Source: the human T2T-CHM13v2.0 reference genome, Homo sapiens. From it: a stretch of DNA of 64,000 nt. Positions 42,451 through 55,762 of the stretch are shown here, piece after piece (the stretch's first letter is position 1; the number at the start of each line of letters is the position of its first letter). The translations under genes and the position numbers were made by a program. The DNA lies in the NCBI RefSeq assembly GCF_009914755.1, contig NC_060931.1; one strand, written 5' to 3'. The notes beneath the pieces were generated by a model. That model worked only from the letters and a program-made list of their open reading frames with translations, made no database searches and was not told where the DNA came from.

Positions 42451-44404
42451 GCTACCTTCCAATCAGGTAATACTTGCCTTGGAAATTCTTCCAAATTTTA
42501 TATTCTATAATTCCTTTTACAAGAGTCATACACAAAAATTATAATTCTCTATCTTATAATATCTATATATAATCCATAACATCTATATCTATACATAATA
42601 ACATCTACAATGTTATGATTTTCTATCTATAATATTCTATGTAAAATTCAGAGTTAGTACTGTATTTTGGATGAGTAAATATGTTTATTCAGTCATATTA
42701 TTTAATTACATTGAATTATTAAGACAACTTTAGTAGCTATTAAACTCCATATATGAGTAAAACTTTTGGTATAAAAATGATATTGAAATAGAAAAATTTA
42801 TGTTTCTCCTATCATAGGAGATATGATAGGCATATCATAAATTATAGGAAATACCATTCTCAGGAAATAATATATAACATTCAGATACCAAATAATAATT
42901 CAAAAATAACATTTAAAAATCACATCCTATCTGTTAGTAAGCAGAGATACAAAAGGAAATTCTATATTAACAAACTCCAATCATAAAGACTGTGTGAGTT
43001 ATAAAGCCACAAGTGTCAAGCCAAACACCATGTTAGTGTAAGAGAGGCTGCTTGTGTAGGGTGAGATGGATCCAAAGGTTCCAGCTCAATACAAGTGGTC
43101 CAGAATGACAACCAAAATCTGTGAGAGTAATACAGAAGGTGGGAGTAGAAATATTGTCTACAAAATTTGCAGCCTGAAAACATTCAGGTATTTGGATTGG
43201 GCATAATTACAGTCCTAACAGAATGGCTTCACGTACTTCCTATGGAAGCATGCATTTACAGTGTTCTGATTCATTAAATAAGAAGCTAATCATTTATGTA
43301 AATAAAATAGATACCTCAGTCTCTACAGTTAAAGGAAGGGTGCATTACTTCAAGAGCAATTCTCTATCATTTCCCACTGAAAAATAGGACAGCTTTATTT
43401 CAGGCTGGTGATTTTAAAATACTGTTGTTTTGGTCTTAACAACCGAATTTTAAAAAATAAAAGAGAACTAAAATAAAATATGAGGCAGATGCGTAATGTA
43501 CACAACAAATTGTACACAACAAATAAGAACAAAGCTACTCTGGTGTGAAGAAGTTAGGACTCGAGTTCAGCTTGTACCTTCACAGTTATTTTCTTCCTAA
43601 ATCTTCCACCAAGTAACCTCAAGTAGTCTTTGCAAATTAGTTTAAATATAATTGCTGTGAATTAGTTTAAAAGACAACAAGATTTCCTAATGCTAACTAT
43701 AAACTCTGGAATTAATTTTTCAATATAAAATTCTACATATAAACACTGACCTGTGTAAAGGGTCCTGTGAGATGTCTAAAACCTTACTAAAAATAATAAT
43801 TATAATTTAAACAATAATTTAAGCCAAATAGCTGAAATTCTTCAGGAGAAGATTCTATGATCAAGTCTATGGCTTCACAGATGGCCCTTAAGCCTTCATT
43901 TAAGTCACTTATCTGGATACTAACTTGTATCTTGCAACTAAAGGGTATCTCATGCTATAAGGTTTTTTTGTTTGTTTGTTTGTTTTAGAATACACTGTTG
44001 AAATAACAAATATATTCCTCAGAGTTATTGACCTCTGCTTAAACTTAAATGAATGAAATGAATGAACTTTTCAAGAATATAAACTTGTCCCTAAACTTTT
44101 CAGGAAACACCTTAAAGAGAATTTAAAGTAGGAAAAAAATAGTAGAATTGCATTTTGATTATATAGATGTATATTTAAATTTACCATGTAAGAAACATTT
44201 CTAACAAAGGACATACACATTACTGTGAAATGTTGTCATCTTCAATATATGTGAATATTATAATCTAGTAAATTTACACATCTAAGGTACTCTAAAACCA
44301 AGTATATCATTTTATACTTCACAGAATACATCTATTAGTAACTAGATTAATTCTTATAATGTAGTAAAACTAGTAATAACATACGCTGTCTACAAATTGT
44401 AATT

Positions 44405-44790
44405 TAAAATAAAGCTCAGGAAGTTTAACTGACTTACTCAGTTCATCAGCCAGAAAATGGTAGAGGTGAGATTAACATCTAGTCTTTGTTTTAGGTTAGT
44501 TGTTGAGGTATCCAGTCAGAATAGTAAAGTTAGGGTTAACCGTAAGTAGACACCATCATGTTTTGTTACTATAATAGAAAAGTAGTGGGCTTCGTGTCAG
44601 ATAATTCTAGGTTAGGATTCTTCCTTTGCCACTGACTAGCTTTAGTCTCTGTTTTCCTCATCTAGAAATCAAGGTTAGCAATAATCATAGTGTCACTGCT
44701 GGAACAAATGAGAAAATATTTGTGCACAGGACCTGGCATGCAGCAGGTGCATGTACCATGACATATGGTAGCTGTTCCGATGATCTAGAG
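44405..44790. mobile_element. Two MIR fragments in opposite orientations (~44405-44490 minus, ~44575-44790 plus)
   Basis: agctcaggaagtttaactgacttactcag; gtctctgttttcctcatctagaaatc. Confidence 0.55.
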
Positions 44791-45934
44791 CATGATTATC
44801 ATTACATAAATATTTTAATAAGGTTTTATAATATATGATACTTACAACTAATTAGGATATCTCTATTTTACTTATTCCATGACAATTCAATAAATATTTT
44901 TGTAGCAATTTATTTCATAAAACTCACAGGAATGATTTTGTTTCCTGGTCTATTTTTCCCAACAACTCAATAATTAGGTTTCTAACGGTAGTCAGAAAAG
45001 TTTTCAGTTTGAGATTTAAAAATGTGCAGCTATATAAAAGTATGAATGAAGGTAGTAAAGGAGTTTGGTCACTCTTAACTACTTGCTATTACCTTCTGTT
45101 TCCCAGAGTCTCATTTTGTTGCATCTCTTGGCTATCTTCTAAGCTTGACTCCAGTTTATCAGTGATTTCATTTTGGACTTTTTTACAATGTTATTCCTTT
45201 GGAATGTCATTTCAAATAATTGGTGTTTGCCTCCATACATTAGAAGCAAGGGTGAAAAGTAGCCCAACTGTATGTTTTTCCCAGGCCACCAGAAGCCACA
45301 GTTGGGCCTGCGGGACCACCACTTCCTATGGGAAATGAACATGATTCAGATATAGTACCATTCATTTTTATTCCTGTTACATGTCAGCCACTAAAATCCA
45401 AGTGCTATTCTATCTCCATTGTAGAGTTTCCAACTTAAACAGATGACCAAGATTATTCAGACACAGGTTAGAATACCAATGAAAGTGCTTAAACAAGTGA
45501 TGCTACCTTGCAGAGAGAGTAGCTGACTGTGATCTCACCAAATCAATATAAGGTAGTGGTGAAGCCTTTATAATTTTGAAGGATTGTTCATTACACTGCT
45601 CACAAGGTTTGTTAAATACAATTCATAGCAATCAGAAAAGACAGCTGGGTTTCTGGTTCACCTCTTGGATGAACAATGTAATTCTGAATATAGCCATGAT
45701 ACTTGAATTAAAATATGCAATATGCTTCCTATTCCAACATTTTTAACCTAAATGTAATAGCATATTATACTCCATCTCCTACAAATATAAATTCATTTAT
45801 ATGTCTATCAAGAGAGCAGGAGTTCAAAATATAATTTGGAAGACAATTCCACATAAACGTAGCATATCTCTTTCATATTGTAATGATGTGATGAGTCTAG
45901 AATAGAAGCCTGAGGTAAAGAATTGAATATTAAC

Positions 45935-46140
45935 TTGCTACATGGCAGAATTCTTACCTAGACTGTCTCATTTAATCTCAGCAATAATCCTGCAGCCAGA
46001 TATTATTCTTCATGTTTTACAATGAGAAAACCAAGACCCAGTAAAGTGAGTAAATTTCTCATAATCTCATAGGTAACATTTGAATGAAATGAGATATTAA
46101 ACCAGCTATATCTGACTTTAAGTTTCATAGATCTTTCATC
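45935..46140 (-). mobile_element. MIR
   Basis: tctcatttaatctcagcaataatcctg...ttttacaatgagaaaacca. Confidence 0.7.
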
Positions 46141-46289
46141 ACAGAATTATGTCTCCTGTTCATCTCTTGCTGACCATAATACACTTTAACTAAAGGACAG
46201 TATTGGCAAAAACATAGTATACCAAGAATAGTTAGGATATCGAGAGTCTAGAATGTATTAAAACCTGAGAGTGTTTAACCTAAAACTGG

Positions 46290-47200
46290 TTATTGATTCA
46301 TTTATCCAATTTTCATTTAATGAGCACCAAACATGCATCACTCTCTATGCCAGATCCTAGGCTTCAAAAAATTATCAAGATATAATCTGGATCCTCAATA
46401 GCCTACTTAGTATTGAGAAAGAAAAACAAGCAAATATTGACTTCCATATAGTGTCAGTTTTATGCAATAAGGTGCTGTGAAAAGACAAAATTGAGTATCT
46501 AATCTGTCTTGATTGGGGTGAAACAGAATGGCCTGACCAATGAAGTATGAACTGAACTCATATTATAGGACCTGAGGAAATTAAACTGTCAAATGAGAAA
46601 AGATGAAGGGAGAGTAATTTATTGACAGATAATATGGAAAACTAAACGGAGTAATTGGTCCAAAGATAGTAGGTTAGGACATTGTGGTAAGTGATACTGA
46701 AAAGTAGGTGGAAACAGATTCTGAAAGACAAGCTAAATAGTTTGGGCTTCATCTTGAATATGGTGATAAACCAATGACATTTTTCAATTTGGTGAGGTAA
46801 CATGAAGAAATCCACATTTTAGAGAAAACCACTGGAAGCAATATAAATAAAAGATTGAAGCGGACGTGACTTAGGGTGGCCTAGGGAGATAGGAGGCTAT
46901 TGCAGTGGCCCATGGTAAATGATAATGAAGGACTGAAATGAGTTTAAGTGTAGTTTTGGTATTTGCTAAATGTGTAAAGATTGTGATATAATATGAGGAG
47001 TTTAGGAAGACTTCTAGATTTCTACACTGAGTTATTTGGGGAATGCTGAGGTGAGATTCTAGGCTAAGAAACACAGTAAAACCTGGTTTGGTGAGGAGGA
47101 TGTTGAGTCTAGTCACAAAATAGACACATTGTATTGGGATTACTGTGTAGGGCAAAGCTCTATGAATGTTCTGCAGGCAATGGGAAATAATGGATTGGCA
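46290..47200 (-). mobile_element. L2 fragment (long)
   Basis: attcatttatcc...taatgagcacc, aggaggctattgcagtggcccatggtaaatgataatg, agatttctacactgagttatttgg. Confidence 0.75.
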
Positions 47201-47385
47201 ACATGGTTGGAAATTAAACCCATAAATGAGAGTAAAATTGCCAATGGATAATATGTGGTTTTAAAGGTTTACTATAGAAAAAAATAGCACACTTCTTGTG
47301 TGACTTCATTAAGCATATTTAGGACAAAAATATAGCTGGAAGATATAAGGAAGTCAATTCTAATTCATTATAAAGAACTCTTAAA

Positions 47386-47665
47386 ATTTTTGTTTGTTTG
47401 TTTTATTTTACTTTAAGTTCTGGGATACATGTGCAGAAAGTGCAGGTTTGTTGCATAGGTATACATGTGCCATGGTGGTTTGCTGCACCTCTCAACCCAT
47501 CATCTAGGTTTTAAGCCCTGCATGGATTAGGTATTTGTCATAATGCTCTCCCTCGCCTATCCCCCTCCCCCCGACAGGCCCCGCCAAATCATGAGTGAAC
47601 TCCCATTCACAGTTGCTACAGAGAGAATAAAATACCTAGAAATACAACTTACAAGGGACATAAAA
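47386..47665. mobile_element. L1PA7/8-type insertion with 5' inversion
   Basis: Minus-strand L1 3'UTR (47386-47583) joined directly to a plus-strand ORF2 piece ([25 protein letters not shown], 47583-47665). Confidence 0.9.
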
Positions 47666-48179
47666 CATGTTTTAAAACATGATGGGGCTACCTGGGAAAG
47701 TAAATTTTTAATTTATGGATGTCAAACCAGGGTGTTCCTGTATCTTACAGGGCAGGGTTTTCAAACCCGTATACTTATAGGCATGCAGCATAAATGACTG
47801 AATAGAGTAAGTAGTAATGTAATATAGAAAGAACATATCTATAATGAAACATGAGTTCAGTTCTAACTGATTATGGCCATGAGAGAATATGGATCCACTA
47901 TTATAGTTTCAATTAGAAGCTCAAGAAGACTGGAAATAGGAATTCTGTGGAGAATATCAAACCTTTAAATAGTGGCAATGGATTCAATATCTTTGAATTT
48001 GGCCAGGCCAAATTGATTGCTATCTCCTTGAATTTAATAACGATTTTGATGACTTTCCCTAATGTAAGATTTATGGTTCTTTCAACATATGAGCTCCAAG
48101 TAAATATTATAATTCTCATTGTTTTAATATATAACTTAATGTTTTCCCATGTTTAAATTTAATTGATTATTTGCCATTG

Positions 48180-48492
48180 GCCAACCTGTCTTTGGCCTAA
48201 AATCCTCCAAAACCTCATTGCATTACATTTTCCATACCTGGAATAACCTCTCCACTTTACTCAGACTGTCAACTACCCATTAACTCTGTAAGGCTTAACT
48301 CATGCCCAGACGTCTTCACAAAACAATTCTTATTTATTTTTAACTCTGTAATAATTTTTCATGCTTTTATGTGGTTTCATATTTTACAACTAAAAACTTC
48401 CTCATGCTACTGATGACTTACATACACAATTTTATGTGCTACATAGTATTTTGTATGATATTTAATATGGAGTAAATATTTCTTGAATGAGT
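48180..48492 (+). mobile_element. L2 3' fragment
   Basis: ccatacctggaataacctctcc...taaatatttcttgaatgagt. Confidence 0.5.
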
Positions 48493-48599
48493 ATCAAGAC
48501 AAATATGAGAGATTATATTGATAAACATTTTATATCAAGACCCAAGCAGGAGGCATCTAGAATTCTTGTTCTTGAGCTGTTTATTAGACTCCAAAAGAT

Positions 48600-48800
48600 A
48601 ATAATAATCATTGATATTTTATAGTTTATAAATTGTTTTCAAATGTCTTCTCATTTATCCTCAGAAAAACTCTTCATGATGAGAGAAGCAAGTGTTATTA
48701 TTAACCTCCTACCTAGTTAAAGATCTACGTGCAGAAAATGCAAGAACCTGTCCAATAAGAAGAACCTGTCCATACTGAATGTCACGCAGTTTCCATCCTT
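48600..48800 (-). mobile_element. MIR fragment
   Basis: ttctcatttatcctcagaaaaactct...ttattattaacc. Confidence 0.5.
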
Positions 48801-51800
48801 AGGCACCTTCCTAGAAACTGAACAAATTTCCTCCATTAAAAACAATACCAATTAAATACAAATTAAATTAAATAGGCACTGTACATTGCCGTCTTTTAAT
48901 AAACTGCTCAAGTGACTGATACTTGGTTCTTCAACTATATGTTAGTCATACGAATGCCCCAGTTGATCTGGAAGCTGTTGACTGTTTTTACTGTATAATT
49001 ATAATCATTATATTAGCCTTCTATAGACTCTGACGCTTAATATTGTGGATCTGCTGGCATGTCTGATTCTGTACAATTTCATTATTTCCAAAATGGCAAT
49101 TTGTTGAATGTATGTATGTATCTAAATATGATACGATTATTTCTTTGTAAAATAGTTTCATAAAAATTTACAGATCAGAAAAGAATACAACCTGCCACAG
49201 ATAACACAGGTCTGATTTTTGGATCAGAAAATATGATCGTGGTAGATAGGAGCTTGTTGGTTGTGGAGAATTTAAATAGTGAATCTAAGCAGTGAAGTTT
49301 TTTTTTTCATTCTTTCAAATTGCATGAGTTGGCAAATACAATACGGTATTTCATTTCAGCTTTCATATAATTTATTCACTGCTGCAAGGAGACAAGACCC
49401 TCTAGGGAATGTCCCAAATCTATGTAATGTTACCTCTTACTATATTTGCCATTTAGCTACAGCTGACAGATGTGACAAAATTGCAAGTAGCCAGGCAACT
49501 TCCCCAACTGGGCCTACAGAAGCAATTCCCACAGCTGCACAGAAGAAAGACTGCAAATTATTCCACACTCAGGTTAAATTATTTCAAGTTAATTTGCACT
49601 TGAAGTTCTCTCTCCAAAGACACCTTTATTCCTCAAAGTATCACAGAGCTGTTCTGGGCTGATTCTACTTAGGTTAAAAACAACACTTCAAATTGGAAAT
49701 CATCCAACATTGAAAGGAAGTACAGAGATTAGGGAATTTGCTGATTTCAGAAATGGTAATGTGAAAGGAGAGCGATGTTAATTATAGAAACTAACAGTTC
49801 TCATCATTTTAAATAGTTACGTAGAAGTGGAGAATCAGATCAGGTTTTGGATCAGCTGTGTAGCATAACTTTATTTCTTATTCTTTATAAAAATGATTTA
49901 AAATATAAGCATATTTGCATGTAGGTGCCTTGAAATGTCACTGATTTTTTTTTTTTTTGCATTCACAATGCCAAGGTACTTTAACATTGCCAAGAGGCCG
50001 ATAACTAATTAAGAGCCAGAATAGTCCAAATACAGCACTTTTTTTGTAAGGAAATAAATGAACCACCCTCATACAAATAAGATAGTGTGACTTCTATGTT
50101 CAGTTTAGTTAGATGTTGACCTTGAGGCACGGAATTTCAGCTTCAATTTAAATACTACAGACTCATTCTTTGAAAAGCAGTGTCTTTTCTTCATTTTTAA
50201 AAAAACTATGACCCAGGGCCACAAAGAAGAGAAAATGAAGTATATAAATGTATTTTAAAGTAAAATTTAAGACCCTATTGTCCTAGAATTGCTCCAATTT
50301 ATATGACACTTTTTATCTCTTCTCCTTCATAAAACTAGGAAAATCTTACTAGAAAATGCCTTTGTAGTAAAAAGTACTAATTTAAGCTTTGTATCTTTCA
50401 GGGTATCCAGCTATTTATTAGCATTGATTATTAATTTTCTTATCAGTTTGTTTGGGGTTTTCTGATTTTATGACAACTAAATGCTTAGTTCTATACACTC
50501 AAAATATAACATAAATCATAAGTAAAACAAGCATAATGCAGAAATCATTCTTTAAAATTGAGCACGAGTTACCCTGAAAGTTAATTATGGTGATGAAAAT
50601 GTGTCCTAAATAAATAAATAAATGTTGCATATACATTTTTTAAGTTGTCTTCAAACTCACACAATTATAGAACATGCCAATTTTGCTATTTAATAGCAGC
50701 ACTTCTCCAGGGTGAAATCTTCGGCTTTCCACCTACATAACTGAAGTGTGACAGCTATCACATATCCGACTTATTGAATCTCATGTAAGTAGAGTGTGCT
50801 ATAAAGCGACTATAATTTGCATGGATGGAAATGTCAGGGCAAGGAACTGAAAGTGTACACATAGATGGTTTCTCTGTCCCAGTACGTCTTGTCTTACCCT
50901 GGACGAAATCTAAAATGAAATCTTTTCACTTACTTAAAAGCAGAGTCAGAATCAGAATAGTGTGTAAGAAGAATATCCTTAAAGTTATTTGGTAATAGTA
51001 TTAGTTTAAAATTGTATATACAGTTATATTTATTTTCATTGTTTGTAATTATTAAAGATTTACTATTTTCATAAAGTAATTACTCTCTAAAAACGACAAA
51101 GCATACAACATGCTAAAGCTACGGGACTTTATCTGCAGGTGGACTTTTATGGCTGAAGATCAGGTTAAATAGATACCTCTTGTTAGATAAATTCCTAGCA
51201 GGCTTCCAACTCAGGGGATAAAAGGAGGAAAATTAACTAAATAATGTACACTTTTACTCTACAATAATAGTACAATAACGTAGTTAAGGGCACTCATCTC
51301 AAATACATCCCACCATATGATACTTGAAAGGTTATAACTTTTGAAAAGTTGTTGACATTTACGTAATTCTATTTTTCCCTCCTAAAAATATCCACTTAAT
51401 AAGAAAAAAGATATTCAAGTCTAATGCAAAAATTATTAACTCATATGAACAATTAATAAATATATTGACTCCAGTGAAAAAAATACTTAATATATAACAA
51501 AATGACAGGATCTTTACATGTAAAATCTTCATTGAAAATTATGGATAAAATTGTAGTTGGAGTGTTTTCATGTTTTGTTCATTTACATATAGTCCCTTCT
51601 GAAAGTAGATGAAGAACTAAATCATCTCTCACAATCATGTCTAAAAATTGTAACAATTTGTTTTGATCTTAATTAAAATCATATGTCAGGATTGTTGAGT
51701 TCGGGAATTTATTGCTCTTGCTCTTATTGCCTTATCTATCTAATAAGTTATTCCTGTATTCATGACCGCTCCACAGCCCAATAAAAAATAATATATTTCA

Positions 51801-52559
51801 TCTCCATGTAATTCCAGCTTCATAAGGCAAAAAAAATTGTTAATTTTAAAGAACTATCTGTATTTAAATGTATATCTTTGAATAGGTAATTTGGGAAGTC
51901 CTCTTTAAAGCAATGAGATATTTAATTTTATTAATTTTATTTTACAAGAAAACAAAAACTATCCTCCTTCTTTGTATACTAGTTTAAAAGAAAATGCTAT
52001 TTGTAATTCCGACTACTTTTAAAAATAAGTTTTCATGATTTAAAATACTGAGATTTGCTTTAAAATTTCAACATGTAATATAATTTTTTTAGAGCTCTAG
52101 ATGCATCTTTCAAGATGTGCACAATATTCAAACAAGTAAAAAACACAAGTGTGTGTGTGTGTGTTTTATGAGGGATGTTGCACACCAAGGCAGATCAGAC
52201 TATGCAGCATATAGTAAATCCATTATCAGAGCTTTTATATACAATTCATTTTATATACAATTCATTTGAAACAACACACATATTTCCAATATGTAGATCT
52301 TTCTTTAACGATGTGAAAACCATTTGAAGACTGAAGCTCTTTGTAAATATGATTTTCCTTCTTAGTTCTGCAATCCACTTGTGCCATCCTTGAATTTTTG
52401 TGTACCTTTTCTAAGCCATATACTTCACTATAATTTATTAAAAGAATATTCAAAAATAGAAAATAAATAAACATATTTAAAATTCTGAGATCTTTTTGCC
52501 TTAGCTACATTCTGCTTGGAAACTGATCGTTATGCAAAAACTGTGTTTTTTTTCTAGCT

Positions 52560-52721
52560 TAGTGCTTTTCAAAATTTAGTGTTCAAATAAATAACCTGGG
52601 GTCTTGTTAAAATGCAGATTCTAATTTATAAGGTCTAGGACAGAAACTGACATTTAGCATTTCTAACAACTGCCCAGGAGATGTAGATGTTGATCCTTGA
52701 GCCACATTTTAAGTTACAAAG
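52560..52721. mobile_element. MER5A-type (hAT-Charlie) element
   Basis: cttgttaaaatgcagattct...gcatttctaacaactgcccagg; 8-bp TSD ttctagct / ccctagct with the Charlie CTAG core. Confidence 0.85.
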
Positions 52722-53085
52722 CCCTAGCTGACATGTTTATATATTTTTAAATCTACTTCTCAAATGACTGTAAACCTTCCCTAAAGTTGCCTCATGTGAT
52801 GAAAAATGGGCTATCACAAAATCCAGCTTCTCAATCAGTCTCTCTACCTCTCTAACTCTCTTTCCTCCCCTCTTTCCTAGGACAGGAATATGCCTGAGCA
52901 CACTTTTTCCCCTGTAGATGATGTCTCATGTCAAGCAATTGGGTGTACCTTGTTGCCAGGCCTCAACTCTGACCACAGTCCCAGTGTATTTCATGGGTGT
53001 GAGGTCTGTTTCCGGTGTCTTAGTCTATCTTCTACTTCCATAGAGCTTAGCAGTTAGGAGCATGTGCACTCAGAAAGTGTATGAC

Positions 53086-53675
53086 TGTATTTAGTTTTCT
53101 ATTGCTGTTTAACAGATCACCAGAAAAAAGGGTTAAAACAGCACCCATTTATTAGTTCATACTTCTAAAACCAGAGTCTGGTATGATGTGGCTGGGTTCT
53201 CTCTGCTCAGGGTGTCACAGGGTTGAAATCAAAGCACTGGTTGGATTGAGTAGTTGTCTGAAAGGTCTGGCGAAAAATCCACGACCAAGCTCATTCAAAT
53301 TGTCGACAGCATCAAGGTCCTTGTTACAGCATGACTGTGGTTTCTGTATTCTTGCTGTTTGTCAGTAGGGGGTAACCCTCTGGTCTTTTCCAGTGATTTC
53401 CTCCATGTCAAGCCAGGAATAACACCAGAAATCCTTCTCATGGTTTAAATTTCTGATATCCTTTTCTGCCACCAGCCTGAGAAAAGTTTCTTGCTTTAAA
53501 GAGCTCATATGATGTTTCTGGGCAGGCCGATCTGGATAATCTTAAGGTCTTAGGTCAATTGAATTGCAGTTTTAATTGTTTCTACAAAAGTCCGCTCACA
53601 GCAGCAGCTACATTACTGTTTGGTTGAATGAGAGCTGGGAATCTTGGGGAGTCATTTTAGAATTCTACCTGAGCA
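53086..53675 (-). mobile_element. MaLR solo LTR (MLT1E-like)
   Basis: tgtatttagttttctattgctg...gggttctctctgctcagggt...catttagaattctacc, an antisense MLT1 LTR. Confidence 0.85.
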
Positions 53676-53684
53676 AATTAAATA

Positions 53685-53830
53685 ATTATTTGTGTGTCAG
53701 TTCTTTCATCCTTAAATGAGGATAATATGAGTACCTATCTTTGTGAGTATCAAAGTATTGTATGTATTTAGAACACTACCTGACTCCTGCTAAGTATTCA
53801 ATAGATATTAACTATGATTATTAGTAGTAA
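53685..53830 (+). mobile_element. MIR
   Basis: gtgtcagttctttcatccttaaatgaggataata...taagtattcaatagatattaactat. Confidence 0.7.
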
Positions 53831-55625
53831 TATTATGGTTACTGACATCACTTACTTCCTCAGACTTCTTCCTGCTTCTTGTGCTAGACTAGCTTGGTAT
53901 AATTATTTTAGCTTTCTAAGACAGAAACTTATAATCATGTCTTTGCTCAGTCTTCTGGAAACTCTCTGAAGAAGAAACTCTTTTAAACAACTCTCTGAGG
54001 CAACATGCTCAAAGCTAAGTGGCTCTTCTTTGAGAAAATACACACTCAGCTAGTCATTTTCTCTAGGCAAGGTCAAGTTCTCTAAATGGCTCTTGCTTCA
54101 GTTTCAGCCTTCTCGAGTGAGCCAGCACGTGTGTTGTTGCACACAACCATTCAAACTTCCTGGCAGCGTTCAAACTCTGGTGTTGAAGAGGCTAGAAAAT
54201 ATTTTTTTTCCCAAACTGTCTTAATTTGCCTAATAACAGACGTAGGAACACATCTGCAAAGTATCAAAAATGGCCTAAAATGAACACACACACACAAACT
54301 GTGCTTGTTATTTATTATTTCTTCTTTGCAGTTTGGGAATCTGAGGATCAGAGATTTTATTTCAGATCCTACCCAATAAGTGGCAGCATCAGAATTCAAA
54401 CTTGAGTCAGTATAGATCCAATGTCATAGCTTTGTCATTGTATTTCCTCTCTCATTAATCACAATTCAGAAATTGCTATTCTTCTGGAATTAATATTTGT
54501 CTTTATCTTAAGATATTTGCATTTCTTAAACTTTTACAAAATCTACTGCTATACAGTAGTGTAATGCCTGGCACAATATCTTAATGTAGCTGGCATTTTA
54601 TACATTTTTGTTGAGAGAATATTAAAATTAAAATGTACAATGTGGTGTCTGACTGTACTTTGACCTTCTCTTTTCTTTTGATTTAACATAAACCCATTAT
54701 ATATTTCTAATGCGCTGATCAAATAGACTTGGATGGACAATAGAACCTATTGAAATTCACTGAGCAAATTAACATGCTTCATATAGCTTATCATTTTTGA
54801 AAGAGGAGCAAAGCTAGAAGATCAGAGAAGCTTCAGTTAAAGACATCCCCTCTATCTAGTACAGTGAAGAAGGAAAAAGAATTTCTCACACTGAAACTGG
54901 AATTAATTGGGGTATAATTGGCAACAGACACAGACTTGAGTTGAAAACAAAATAGGTTTCAGAATACATTAGATTATCACTTAATTAGTGGTATCTTTGA
55001 AGCATACACCAATCTTTATACTAATGCTATACACAGAGTAAGTATTTAATTGAAAGGAACAAAGCATCGAAAGTTCTCATTAGAGCTCTTTAATACAAGT
55101 GGGAAAAAGATAGTTTCTACCTACAACAAGTTATTTGAAATTTCAATCAAACTTTAAAGCAAAACTACAAGCAATGAATCACAGTACACCATTACTCCTA
55201 TTACAAGGCTGCCTGAAATCCAAAATCATCAGCATTTTCATATTGAATAGGGAGATGAAAAAGATTTAAAATACTATTAAAACATAATAGATAATAATAT
55301 ACTTTGGTATATATACTGAAATATTTCTTACTTTGATGGAATTATAATGTTTTCTTCCTGAGTCATGTAGAAGGTATAATTTAAGTGACATAACCCTATG
55401 GGGAAAAGGGATACAGGTGGAATACCATCTTAAAACAGTATCTCTCCTATTGAATTCCTCTGGTGGGCAAGGAGAAGAAGCAGGAAAGAGCCAGAGACTC
55501 TTTGGAGTCTGTGTGAATATGTTCAGTGCTGGGCAGTAGCTATAGAAGTGTTTCATAAAGGAGCATTTTTGCCAAGGGACCTTTGGAGAATATTTCTATT
55601 GATCTTATTCATCTTATTCACTAGA

Positions 55626-55762
55626 GTGAAGTTCGTAACCTGAGGCTAACCTGGGGTCCACGAATTCCATGTGAATGTATAGATTTACTTCTTCTCCCCC
55701 AAAACTGCCCATAGCTTACAGTCTATTTATGGATTGTGACAAGAAAAAGTTAAGAAACTATT
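55626..55762 (+). mobile_element. MER103C-like (hAT-Charlie)
   Basis: taacctggggtccacgaa...ccatagctt...gtgacaagaaaaagttaagaaacta. Confidence 0.6.

Noticed and set aside
49279-49662. 127-aa ORF or possible exon (ATADRCDKIASSQ...)
   Set aside because: No recognisable homology; weak acceptor tract and weak donor.
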